DNA from: Geotalea daltonii FRC-32
GTDB taxonomy: Bacteria; Desulfobacterota; Desulfuromonadia; Geobacterales; Geobacteraceae
Reading direction: 5' to 3'
DNA length: 32,000 bases
NCBI RefSeq assembly: GCF_000022265.1
Contig: NC_011979.1
Coordinates: forward strand, 2,970,001 to 3,002,000
In this document: positions 1-8,755 of the stretch, one piece after another
Numbering within the stretch: position 1 is the stretch's first letter
How the letters are laid out: the number at the start of each line of letters is the position of its first letter
Made by a program: the position numbers and the translations under genes
Notes under the pieces: model-generated
What the model saw: the letters and a program-made list of their open reading frames with translations, nothing else
Told to the model about the DNA's origin: nothing
The model's database searches: none

Positions 1-1
1 G

Positions 2-3000
2 ATGGGAGTTGCTTCCAAACTGGGCCTGGTGATGGTTCTGACTGTGTTGGTCAGCGTATTTATGTACCAGGGACTTTTTAAGCCGAACGGAATTTCAGCT
101 ACTCCCACCATAAGCAACGCTTGGACCAATGTCTACTCCACTGCGGCATCTACCGCCGCGGTGGATGTAACTTCATCGTCATTTTCAGTCAATACTGGAA
201 ATACCAACAGACTCTTGCTGGTGGCGGTTCAATTTGAGACCTCTGCAGCGACGACTCTTGTTTCACCACCCACCATCAGCTATGGCGGGGTTAATCTTAC
301 GCAAATACAGAACACCTTCGCCTTCAGCGGTCGTTCTCATGCCTATATGGGGTATCTGAGGAGCTCGCAGATACCAGCAGGTCTAAACGCCGTGCGTGTG
401 CAGGCCAGCACCGGAAACAGCAACACCTTTCAGGGGGTGCAGATCGCGGTAGCCTCCTACTTTGATATTGATCAGACCAACCCCATCAACGATAGTTCTC
501 AGTCGGCAACTGCCAGCGCTTCGGTTACCTTTGGCAGCCAGGTGGATTATGTGGCCAATGGCATTACCGTGTTCTGTGCCACCAATGGTGGCTCACCTGC
601 TACCTTAACCTCCCCCACAGGATTTACCGGACAAAGCGGTGCCACATCCACGGCAAGTGGCTCGTCCGGTTTCGTTGCATCATCTGCGGTTCATGCTGCT
701 CCTGGCAGTTATGCCGGCACGACCAGCGTTTCCTTCGGCGGAACCACTTCAACCAGGTCAGCCCTTGTGGTCGCTTCTCTTCGTCCGGCGACAGTCTTGT
801 CCAATAATGCCGATCTGGGCAGCATGACTATTTCGGCGGGGGAACTGACGCCGGCTTTCAGCAGTACTGTTACTTCCTATACGGCGGCAGTCACTAATGG
901 GACAAGTTCCATAACCGTAACCCCGACACTGGCAGATGCAAATGCAGAAGTTACAGTCAATGGAGTCGAGGTTGCCAGTGGAACTGCTTCTTCTCCCATT
1001 TCGCTGGCTGTGGGTGACAACACCATTTCGATACGGGTTACGGCGCAGGATGAGGTCACGACCAAAACTTACACCATAGTGGTAAATCGTGCCGCGACCG
1101 GTGGCGGAGGTTCAAATGTCACCTATCATACCCGTGGTCTGACTTCGATAGATCTAATCGCCCATGGAGCAACCAATGTCGTTGCAGAAGGAGATTCCCT
1201 TAACGGTGGTATCTCTTACAACTTTACAGTCGCCACCAATCAATACCGGGCCATAACCAGCACCACAGCCCCATCCGGCACCTATCGAAATCGTCTGCGC
1301 TATGGTGCCGACTGGAGTGGAACAACAGAGGTGTTGCGTTCATATACGTCCAAATACTCTTCTGCCATGACCATCGGTGCCAATGCGACAACACGTATGT
1401 GTGTTTATAACAGGGGCACTGTCAACAACTGTACCGGTTACGCAGAAATCTATGAGTACAATGACAACTCTGGAATAGTCGGTGCCAGGAAAGGCATTAC
1501 GCCCGTCAGCGCTACTTTCTCCGGCTCGACTGCTGTAAACATTGACCTTACTTTCAATAATGCGGCATTTCCGGTCAGTAGCGGTAACAGAGTGGTAGTG
1601 TATTATTACCTCACTGCCAATACCTCCGATCCCTGCATTCTCTATGGTGCCGCATATAATGCCAGTACGCCGGCCGGGACAACCTATTTCACACTCACTG
1701 AGTCTGCAGGCGGCGGCTCTTCCACCAATGCCAACCTCAGCAATCTGGCGCTGTCTTCCGGTACGCTCACACCCGCATTTGCCAGCAGCACCACATCCTA
1801 CACGGCATCCGTTGCCAATACTGTGACCTCGATTACCGTTACGCCGACCGAGGAGGATACAACCGCTACCACCACCGTTAACGGCGTTCCTGTGGAAAGC
1901 GGCACCGCTTCCGGGCCCATCAGCCTGGCGGTAGAGAGCAACACTGTTACTGTTGTAGTCACCGCCCAGGATGGGGTCACAAAAAAGACCTACACGGTGG
2001 TTGTCACCAGGGCGCCGTCGACCAACGCCAACCTGAGCAATCTGACCCTTTCGACAGGTACGCTGACCCCGGCCTTCGCCAGCGGCACAATCTCCTATAC
2101 TGCCTCAGTTACCAATTCCACCACTTCCCTGACGGTGACTCCTACTGCACAGGACACTACGGCAACCATCAAGGTTAATGGCATTACCGTTGCCAGCGGT
2201 GTGGCCTCGGCGGCTATCCCCTTGGCAGTTGGAAGCAATACGATCAATACTGTGGTCACCGCCCAGGATGGCTCAACTACCACAACCTACACGGTGGTTG
2301 TCACCAGGGCGCCATCGACCAATGCCAACCTGAGCAGCCTGACTCTCTCGAACGGCACACTCATTCCGGCCTTTGCCAGCGGCACAACCTACTACACTGC
2401 ATCGGTCACCAACGGGACAACTTCAGTCACCGTAACGCCCACTGTACAGGACAGCACAGCAACAGTAACCATCAATGGGGTCAGTGTTGCCAGCGGCACC
2501 CCTTCGGGTGCAATCCCCTTGTCCGTTGGCAGCAATACCATTAACACCGTAGTCACCGCCCAGGATGGCTCAACTACCAAGACCTACACGGTGGTTGTCA
2601 CCAGGGCGCCGTCCACCAACGCCAACCTGAGCAATTTGGCCCTTTCGGCAGGCACCCTGACCCCGGCCTTCGCCAGCGGCACGACGTCCTATGCAGCCTC
2701 GGTCAGCAATGCCACTTCTACCATCACCGTAACACCCACCGTTCAGGATGCCACAGCCACCATCACCGTCAATGGGGTGGCCGTGACCAGCGGTACTGCA
2801 TCGGTGCCTTTTGCTCTGGTCGTTGGCGCCAACACCCTCAATACCGTCGTTACCGCCCAGGATGGCGCCACCACCAAGATCTACACGGTGATGGTTACCA
2901 GGGCCGCATCGACCAACGCCAACCTGAATAATTTTGCCCTTTCGTCAGGCACCCTGAGTCCGGCCTTTGCCAGCGGCACGACGTCCTATACTGCCTCGGT

Positions 3001-6000
3001 CAGCAATGCCACCTCTACCATCACCGTTACGCCCACAGCCCAGGATTCTACTGCCACCATAAAGGTAAATGGGGTAGCAGTGACCAGCGGGACCGCATCG
3101 GTGCCCTTTGCCCTTGTGGTCGGTGCCAATACCCTGAATACCGTCGTCACCGCCCAGGATGGCACCACCACCAAGACTTATACGGTTGTCGTAACCCGGG
3201 CCCCGTCCACCAATACCAACCTGAGCAACCTGGTTCTCTCCGCGGGCACCCTTTCCCCATCCTTCGCCAGCGGTACGACGTCCTATACCGCTTCCGTCAC
3301 CAATGCCACATCGAGCATAACCGTTACCCCCACAGTCCAGGACACCACTGCCACCATCAAGGTAAACGGAGCGACTGTCGCCAGCGGTAGTGCCTCTGGT
3401 GCCATTACCCTGACGGTGGGGAGCAACACTATCGACACCCAGGTAACCGCTCAGGACGGGACCACCATCAAGACCTATACGGTCGTGGTTACACGGGCAG
3501 CCCCAGTCATCAACAGTACAACCGCTTCAGCTCTGACATTTTCCGCCGTCACCCGGTCTTCCATTACCGTTACCGCCCCCTATTCGGGGGATGCCGATAA
3601 CGACAACAGTTGCGTCATCCGCTGGGGAACCTCCTCCGGAAGCTATCCCAATGTGGCCACTGCCACCAAGACAGGCAGCGCCTATGTGGCAACCATCTCG
3701 TCCGGGCTGCAACCGCTAACGCCTTACTTCTTCCAGGCGACCTTCACCGATAGCGATGGTGTAAGCGGCAGCCCGGTCTCCGGCACGCAATCAACCGCAG
3801 CTAACGGCGCAACCAGCCCGCTCATGCACAATGGGGCCAACCTGGGCACCAAGTACAATGGTGGCAACTGGGGCGTCGATTACACCTGTGCCACCTGTCA
3901 CAGCAGGGTTCCCACCAGCAATATAAAGAAGGTGATGACTCTCATCAGTGGCAGGACGGTCTCATTTCTCCAGATGACCGGCGCCACCAACAGTTTCGGA
4001 AATGACGGCAGACCGCGCCTCGGGAAATCGACCAACGTCTGCGAGGTATGCCATACACAAACCATCTTCCATCGCTACAGTTCCAATCCTGGTGTTGATC
4101 CGCTGCCCGGTGGATACGCCCACAAAAACCGGCTCGATTGTACGACCTGCCATCCCCACAATAAAGGATTTGCCGGTTCCGGCTGCGATGGATGTCACGG
4201 CAACCCGCCGACTACGGCCAATATAGACAACAGCAACAATACGGGCATGGTCTGGAGCCCGGAGCCTACCGGCGCTACCAACCCTGTCGGCCCCGGAGGT
4301 CACTCCGTCCATGAATCTCGCGGAATCAAATGCGATGCATGTCATAACGGCAACACCATGTCGGATGTCAGCTATACCATTCAGATGGGCTTTAACATCA
4401 ACGGCACAAACTGGACAGGATTTCCGGGAAGCGCGGCCTTTGGCACTTTCTCCGCGCGCACTCCTACCAATAACAAATACAGCTTTGTCAACAGCAACCC
4501 TGGCACAATGGTTCGTCAGTCGCCTAGTGGTCGCAATTCCTGTAACGTCTATTGCCACGGCAACTGGGCCGGAGCAAACGGCAACTTGACTGCCTCCTGG
4601 GAGGGAGGCAGTGCCCAGGCCCAATGCGGTGCCTGTCACAGGGCGACGGCCGGCAATCCTCCCACCAATGGCAGCCACCTGGCCCATGCCGGCGCTTCGC
4701 CTAACCTGAGGCTTGGCTGCGACAAGTGCCATGGCACCCATACCAACAACACCCATGCGAATGGTACCGTAACCTGGGACCTTACGTCGATTTCAACTTC
4801 CGCCAGATATAACGGCGCATTGAGCGGCAGCACCAATGCCATCGCGCCGAGCAGTTCCTATCAGACCTGCAGCAACCTCTACTGCCACAGTACCGTTCAG
4901 CCCAACGGAGGAACCGGCAACCCGGCATCATACTTTACGCCAAAATGGGGCGATTCAGCCACCGTCAGCGGTTGCGGTGCCTGTCATACCGATATGCAGG
5001 CCAGCGGCACCGGCAACCATCTCAAGCACACTGCCAAATACAGCTGCACGATCTGCCATAATGCCGCCGGTGACAATTCCACCAAGCATGCCGACAACTA
5101 TATCGATGTTGCCTTCAGCGGCGCCGGTACCGGCACGTCCTATACCCAGGCACGTACCCTTGCCGGATCCGATGGCTACGGCACCTGCTCGACCATCAGT
5201 TGCCATGGTTCCGGAGCATCTTCAACCGCCTGGGGCAATACCCTCAACTGTGGTGGATGTCACCTTATTGCCAATCTGAAGGGTGCCCACGGCAAGCATA
5301 TCAACACTGCCGCCTTGCCCACCCTTTACAACTACACGGCCAACCGCAGCACCACCATCGGCTATAATTTCGGCTGCTCAAACTGCCATCCTTTGGATGT
5401 TCTGACCAAGCACGTCGATGGATACATCGATGTGACCCTCAATGCCACCAACACCGGCAACGGCGGAAGCGTCGGTTACCTGCGGTCCCGCAACTCAGCC
5501 ACCGCCGACGGCCTTGCTCCAAGCAAGGGAGCATCGGGCATATATGGCACCAGCGGCGCCTCCGTTCGCTGTTCCGCCTCCTACTGTCACAGTAATGCCT
5601 ATGCGGGCAATCAGAAGTTCATCGATTCACCCGACTGGTACGGGTCCTACACCGGCACCGACAAGTGCGCCATGTGCCATGGCAACTCGCCGAACGCCAA
5701 CGACCCCACCAATCAGCCCGGTTCACCGGCCCATTACAGCAAGAACTTCCTGGGCTTCGCCAATATCAGTAGCGGCCATGTCATCGGTATTCACGCCAAA
5801 AACATCTTTACCGGCAGGTTCGGTCTAGCCGCTGTCGGCAATACCGCTGTCGGCAGTCACGGGAACGCATCCACCTCATCGACGATCAACTGTAACATGT
5901 GCCACTACAGCACCGTTACCACCTATGCCAACGACAAGAACAAGGCGTGTGCCCCATGCCATTCCTCCACTCCCAAAAATCCGGCGGAGCTCATTGCCGA

Positions 6001-6283
6001 CAAGACCTTCCATATCAATGGCAAGGTGGACGTGGCATTTGCCCCCATCAGGGTCAAATCAAAGGCCCAGATCCGCGGCGCCGATTACAACAGTTCTCTC
6101 TGGTCGCGGCAGGTGGGTTACAAGGTTTCCGGTGCCTATGACGTGGCATTCAAGACCTTCACCACTGCCACCCAATGGAACGAAACGACTAAGACCTGCT
6201 CCAATATCGCCTGCCACAACGGAGCCAGCGTCAAGTGGGGTGATACGGGCGGCGTGACCAACTGTGCCTCTTGCCACTTCTAG
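2..6283 (+). CDS. Giant (2093 aa) surface-associated multihaem c-type cytochrome: N-terminal membrane anchor, 7 cadherin-like beta-sandwich repeats, FN3-like module, C-terminal domain with about 20 haem motifs
   Basis: A single uninterrupted ORF. The N-terminus is hydrophobic (LGLVMVLTVLVSVFMY). Seven repeats fit the pattern NANLSxLxLSxGTLxPAFxxxTTSYTAxV...TAQDGxTxKTYTVVVTR, one at nt 800-1096 and six in tandem. An FN3-like segment follows (ITVTAPYSG...LQPLTPYFFQATFTD). From nt 3887 I counted 15 CxxCH, 4 CxxxxCH and 1 CxxxCH. The ATG at nt 2 may be the true start, but the window edge prevents checking upstream. Confidence 0.9.
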   Translation: MGVASKLGLVMVLTVLVSVFMYQGLFKPNGISATPTISNAWTNVYSTAASTAAVDVTSSSFSVNTGNTNRLLLVAVQFETSAATTLVSPPTISYGGVNLTQIQNTFAFSGRSHAYMGYLRSSQIPAGLNAVRVQASTGNSNTFQGVQIAVASYFDIDQTNPINDSSQSATASASVTFGSQVDYVANGITVFCATNGGSPATLTSPTGFTGQSGATSTASGSSGFVASSAVHAAPGSYAGTTSVSFGGTTSTRSALVVASLRPATVLSNNADLGSMTISAGELTPAFSSTVTSYTAAVTNGTSSITVTPTLADANAEVTVNGVEVASGTASSPISLAVGDNTISIRVTAQDEVTTKTYTIVVNRAATGGGGSNVTYHTRGLTSIDLIAHGATNVVAEGDSLNGGISYNFTVATNQYRAITSTTAPSGTYRNRLRYGADWSGTTEVLRSYTSKYSSAMTIGANATTRMCVYNRGTVNNCTGYAEIYEYNDNSGIVGARKGITPVSATFSGSTAVNIDLTFNNAAFPVSSGNRVVVYYYLTANTSDPCILYGAAYNASTPAGTTYFTLTESAGGGSSTNANLSNLALSSGTLTPAFASSTTSYTASVANTVTSITVTPTEEDTTATTTVNGVPVESGTASGPISLAVESNTVTVVVTAQDGVTKKTYTVVVTRAPSTNANLSNLTLSTGTLTPAFASGTISYTASVTNSTTSLTVTPTAQDTTATIKVNGITVASGVASAAIPLAVGSNTINTVVTAQDGSTTTTYTVVVTRAPSTNANLSSLTLSNGTLIPAFASGTTYYTASVTNGTTSVTVTPTVQDSTATVTINGVSVASGTPSGAIPLSVGSNTINTVVTAQDGSTTKTYTVVVTRAPSTNANLSNLALSAGTLTPAFASGTTSYAASVSNATSTITVTPTVQDATATITVNGVAVTSGTASVPFALVVGANTLNTVVTAQDGATTKIYTVMVTRAASTNANLNNFALSSGTLSPAFASGTTSYTASVSNATSTITVTPTAQDSTATIKVNGVAVTSGTASVPFALVVGANTLNTVVTAQDGTTTKTYTVVVTRAPSTNTNLSNLVLSAGTLSPSFASGTTSYTASVTNATSSITVTPTVQDTTATIKVNGATVASGSASGAITLTVGSNTIDTQVTAQDGTTIKTYTVVVTRAAPVINSTTASALTFSAVTRSSITVTAPYSGDADNDNSCVIRWGTSSGSYPNVATATKTGSAYVATISSGLQPLTPYFFQATFTDSDGVSGSPVSGTQSTAANGATSPLMHNGANLGTKYNGGNWGVDYTCATCHSRVPTSNIKKVMTLISGRTVSFLQMTGATNSFGNDGRPRLGKSTNVCEVCHTQTIFHRYSSNPGVDPLPGGYAHKNRLDCTTCHPHNKGFAGSGCDGCHGNPPTTANIDNSNNTGMVWSPEPTGATNPVGPGGHSVHESRGIKCDACHNGNTMSDVSYTIQMGFNINGTNWTGFPGSAAFGTFSARTPTNNKYSFVNSNPGTMVRQSPSGRNSCNVYCHGNWAGANGNLTASWEGGSAQAQCGACHRATAGNPPTNGSHLAHAGASPNLRLGCDKCHGTHTNNTHANGTVTWDLTSISTSARYNGALSGSTNAIAPSSSYQTCSNLYCHSTVQPNGGTGNPASYFTPKWGDSATVSGCGACHTDMQASGTGNHLKHTAKYSCTICHNAAGDNSTKHADNYIDVAFSGAGTGTSYTQARTLAGSDGYGTCSTISCHGSGASSTAWGNTLNCGGCHLIANLKGAHGKHINTAALPTLYNYTANRSTTIGYNFGCSNCHPLDVLTKHVDGYIDVTLNATNTGNGGSVGYLRSRNSATADGLAPSKGASGIYGTSGASVRCSASYCHSNAYAGNQKFIDSPDWYGSYTGTDKCAMCHGNSPNANDPTNQPGSPAHYSKNFLGFANISSGHVIGIHAKNIFTGRFGLAAVGNTAVGSHGNASTSSTINCNMCHYSTVTTYANDKNKACAPCHSSTPKNPAELIADKTFHINGKVDVAFAPIRVKSKAQIRGADYNSSLWSRQVGYKVSGAYDVAFKTFTTATQWNETTKTCSNIACHNGASVKWGDTGGVTNCASCHF
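1721..3502 (+). repeat. Six in-frame tandem repeats of exactly 297 bp (99 aa cadherin-like modules) inside the giant CDS
   Basis: Repeat starts (TCS ACC AAY RCC AAC CTG) fall at 1721, 2018, 2315, 2612, 2909 and 3206, each 297 nt apart. An identical 29-mer, acctacacggtggttgtcaccagggcgcc, recurs at three repeat junctions. Confidence 0.95.
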
Positions 6284-6307
6284 CTGGATGATCCACGTAA
6301 AAGAAAA

Positions 6308-6334
6308 AGGCCTCTTCCCCAGCGGGAGAGGCCT
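6308..6334 (-). terminator. Hairpin AGGCCTCTTCCCC-AGC-GGGAGAGGCCT; its T-tract lies on the minus strand
   Basis: The stem is 8+3 bp with one bulge. On the plus strand it is preceded by aaagaaaaa, which reads TTTTTCTTT after the hairpin on the minus strand. It would therefore terminate leftward transcription, for example from the RHH gene. Confidence 0.5.
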
Positions 6335-6485
6335 CAGATTGCTGACAAAGTCACAATATGTAAGGCTGATCAAAAAGTCCCAGGTGCAAGGCGCCCGAAA
6401 CCTGAGGAGTGAGGCGTACTTAACGGTACGCCGCAGCGACGAAGGGTAAGGGCAACGCCGCAGATGGGGCTTTTTCATCAGACTC

Positions 6486-6520
6486 AGGCCTCTTCCCGAG
6501 CGGGAGAGGCCTTTTCTTTA
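6486..6520 (+). terminator. Near-identical second copy of the hairpin (AGGCCTCTTCCCGAGCGGGAGAGGCCT) followed by TTTTCTTTATT; likely intrinsic terminator of the giant cytochrome gene
   Basis: A GC-rich stem followed by a plus-strand T-tract, about 200 nt after the stop codon at 6283. Confidence 0.6.
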
Positions 6521-6606
6521 TTGAGCTGAGTATTGAAAATGCAAAGTACTACAGCATAAAGAAGTTCCGATTCAACTCCTCTTTTGTCCCTTGCCAGAGC
6601 ATGCTT

Positions 6607-6957
6607 TCAATGGTCCGCCACGTATCTATCGATTAACTCTTCAATCATCTCACCGATGGTGGTCCGTCTGTGGGCCGCCGCGATCTTCAGCTTCAGGTGC
6701 AGGTCCTGGCGGATATTTGCCGTCAGGCGCACATCACCTTCAGGAACCAGCCCCGATACCGCCTTTACGGTTGGCGCCTTCACCGCTCTTTTCACCGGTT
6801 TAGCAACCGGCTGCCTCTGCTTCTTTACCACCTGGTTTTGGGCCTTCTCAATTGCCTTCCTTACCGGAGCCGCTTTCTCCGCAGCCTTTTTTACCGGTGC
6901 CGGTTTGTTGATCTTCGGTATCTCGAAAAGCCCCATCTGGTTTTCCATGTCGTCCAT
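6607..6957 (-). CDS. Small DNA-binding protein: Lys/Ala/Pro-rich basic N-terminal tail plus C-terminal ribbon-helix-helix (CopG/ParG-like) domain
   Basis: The C-terminus GDVRLTANIRQDLHLKLKIAAAHRRTTIGEMIEELIDRYV fits the RHH pattern (strand, helix, helix). The start is placed at the ATG (CAT at 6955-6957) preceded by GAGGAA. The ORF extends to 7011, so the start is uncertain. Confidence 0.65.
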   Translation of the reverse strand: MDDMENQMGLFEIPKINKPAPVKKAAEKAAPVRKAIEKAQNQVVKKQRQPVAKPVKRAVKAPTVKAVSGLVPEGDVRLTANIRQDLHLKLKIAAAHRRTTIGEMIEELIDRYVADH

Positions 6958-7059
6958 ATGTTCCTCTGTTGCATCGGCAGTATTATTTGCGAGCAGGAAA
7001 TATATCAACAAATACTTACCTGTTCAAGTAATTGTGCCGCGTGAAGCAGGTTTTTTGTG

Positions 7060-7099
7060 ACGACAAGGCCTCTTTCCGGATGGGAAGGGGCCTTGTCGT
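7060..7099. repeat. Third, diverged member of the GGCCTCTTyCC...GGrAGrGGCC hairpin family
   Basis: ACGACAAGGCCtctttccggatgggaagGGCCTTGTCGT has 11-bp perfect outer arms plus inner pairing. It sits between divergent genes and has no T-tract on the side expected for a terminator. Confidence 0.5.
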
Positions 7100-7208
7100 T
7101 GGCAGAAAACATGATTAATAAAAGAATTATAAATTTTAATGTATTGAACCGGAGGCAGTATAGGCATATATTCACCCGAAATCTCAATTATCTTAATGAT
7201 ATATTTGT

Positions 7209-7244
7209 TGTAAAATTTTTTTACACTGTAAAAATTTTTTACAC
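7209..7244. promoter_or_regulatory. Two tandem AT-rich palindromes TGTAAAA-N3-TTTTACA upstream of the NfeD gene (candidate operator or promoter element)
   Basis: tgtaaaatttttttacac is directly followed by tgtaaaaattttttacac, 37-72 nt upstream of the GTG start at 7281. Confidence 0.35.
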
Positions 7245-7280
7245 TATTACTTCACCCTTTAAAAAAACGGGAGGTTTTTA

Positions 7281-7739
7281 GTGAATATATTGTGGTGGCA
7301 TTGGCTGGTGCTCGGTCTGGTTCTCATCGGTCTTGAGCTGGTCGTTCCCTCCTTCACCATCATCTGGTTCGGCCTTGGCGCGATCCTGGTCAGCATCTTC
7401 CTGGCTATTTATCCTACCTTTTCCCTTCCTCTGCAGATACTCACATGGAGCGTCGCCTCCATCGTCTTTACCTTCGTCTGGTTCCGTTTTTTCAATCCCC
7501 GCACCAGTAAGACCTTTTCCGGCTCCGCCAAAGGGACCGTCCTTGGTGAAACCGGTCTCGTTATCCGTGGCGCCGAGCCGTACACCAAGGGCACGGTCAA
7601 GTTTCAGCTGCCGCTTCTGGGGGCCGATGAATGGCCCTGCATGGCCGATGAACCCCTGGAGATCGGGGATCGGGTCAAGGTGGTGAATGTGGAAGGGCAT
7701 GTGATGAAGGTGACAAAACTCAAAAAAGGAGAAAGCTGA
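7281..7739 (+). CDS. NfeD-family membrane protein (partner of SPFH proteins)
   Basis: GTG start 6 nt after GGGAGG. The N-terminal half has hydrophobic helices and the C-terminus has an OB-like soluble domain (GTVKFQLPLLGADEWPCMADEPLEIGDRVKVVNVEG). Its stop overlaps the next ATG (TGATG). Confidence 0.85.
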   Translation: MNILWWHWLVLGLVLIGLELVVPSFTIIWFGLGAILVSIFLAIYPTFSLPLQILTWSVASIVFTFVWFRFFNPRTSKTFSGSAKGTVLGETGLVIRGAEPYTKGTVKFQLPLLGADEWPCMADEPLEIGDRVKVVNVEGHVMKVTKLKKGES

Positions 7740-8590
7740 TGAATCCAGGTACCGTTGTCTTGGCTGTTCTGTTTGCCCTGGTGGTAATAACCGTCTTCAT
7801 GGGGGTGCGGCTTGTCCCCCAAGGGTACGAATTCGTCGTCCAGCGCCTCGGCAAGTACCACACGACCCTCAAGCCGGGTCTCAATTTCATCATCCCCTAC
7901 GTGGATATCGTCGCCTACCGCCTGACCACCAAGGACATTGCCCTGGAAATCGGCGCACAGGAGGCGATTACCAAGGACAACGCCGTCATCGTCGCCAATG
8001 CCATCGCTTTTATCAAGGTCATCGATCCGGTGAAAGCGGTCTATGGCATCAGCAACTACGAGTATGCCATTCAGAACCTGGTCATGACCTCGCTTCGGGC
8101 CATCATCGGCGAGATGGAACTGGACAAGGCGCTCTCCTCCCGGGACATCATCAAGGCCCGTCTCAAGGAGATCATTTCCGATGACGTCACCGACTGGGGA
8201 ATCCTGGTCAAATCGGTTGAAATCCAGGATATCAAGCCTTCCGATTCCATGCAAAAGGCCATGGAGCAGCAGGCCACGGCCGAGCGGCTGAAAAGGGCGA
8301 TGATCCTGGAGGCGGAAGGGAAGAAGGAAGCAGTGATCAGGGAGGCCGAGGGCAAGCTGGAGGCAGCAAAGCTGGAAGCGGAGGCGCAGGTCACTCTGGC
8401 CGAGGCGTCGGCCAAGGCAATTCAGGATATTGCCGGGGCAGTGGGGGAGAAGGAGCTGCCGGCGCTGTTCCTCCTTGGGGATCGTTATGTGAATGCCATT
8501 CAAAAATTGTCTGTGTCTGCCAATGCGAAGACGTTTGTGTTGCCGGCGGATATTCTGCAAGCCGTCAAAGGGATTGCGGGAAGATCTTAG
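7739..8590 (+). CDS. SPFH/band-7 (stomatin/QmcA-like) membrane protein
   Basis: An N-terminal TM segment is followed by an SPFH core (VPQGYEFVVQRLGKYHTTLKPGLNFIIPYVD...) and an Ala/Glu-rich coiled coil (AEGKKEAVIREAEGKLEAAKLEAEAQ). It has the classic NfeD-SPFH operon arrangement. Confidence 0.9.
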   Translation: MNPGTVVLAVLFALVVITVFMGVRLVPQGYEFVVQRLGKYHTTLKPGLNFIIPYVDIVAYRLTTKDIALEIGAQEAITKDNAVIVANAIAFIKVIDPVKAVYGISNYEYAIQNLVMTSLRAIIGEMELDKALSSRDIIKARLKEIISDDVTDWGILVKSVEIQDIKPSDSMQKAMEQQATAERLKRAMILEAEGKKEAVIREAEGKLEAAKLEAEAQVTLAEASAKAIQDIAGAVGEKELPALFLLGDRYVNAIQKLSVSANAKTFVLPADILQAVKGIAGRS

Positions 8591-8755
8591 AAGGATAAAG
8601 GGTGAAACTATCTGCTTCATATTTTTTGAACTCGCTGCTTCTGTTCAAATATTTTGAAACATTTTGTTTGAAGGTCTCAGGGTGCGGAATATGTGGATGT
8701 CCCTAATTTTTCCAGCATGGGTGATGCTGCAGCCACATCGAGTCAGGAGTGAAAG

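Noticed and set aside
1721-3502. Regular 297-bp periodic repeats, considered as a possible CRISPR or satellite array
   Set aside because: The period is far too long, there are no unique spacers, and the repeats are in-frame protein modules of a continuous ORF.
3962-5279. Several sizeable ORFs inside or antisense to the giant cytochrome gene (for example 3962-4756 minus, 264 aa; 4836-5279 plus, 147 aa)
   Set aside because: They lie entirely within a frame that carries strong domain and haem-motif evidence. Their translations are Ala/Gly/Arg/Pro-rich low-complexity sequence, typical of off-frame reading of GC-rich DNA, and they have no RBS or motifs.
6584-7060. 158-aa plus-strand ORF opposite the RHH gene
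   Set aside because: Its translation is hydrophobic low-complexity sequence with no motif. The minus-strand frame gives a clean ribbon-helix-helix C-terminus and has an RBS-preceded ATG.
7604-8620. 338-aa minus-strand ORF covering the SPFH gene
   Set aside because: It is antisense to a canonical SPFH protein in a classic NfeD-SPFH operon. Its translation is Arg/Leu/Gly-rich with no recognisable domain.
8626-8655. Possible sigma70-like promoter (TTGAAC-N17/18-ATATTT/TATTTT) upstream of the first island gene
   Set aside because: The -10 match is weak and AT-rich intergenic DNA yields many such matches. I did not report it as a feature without TSS data.
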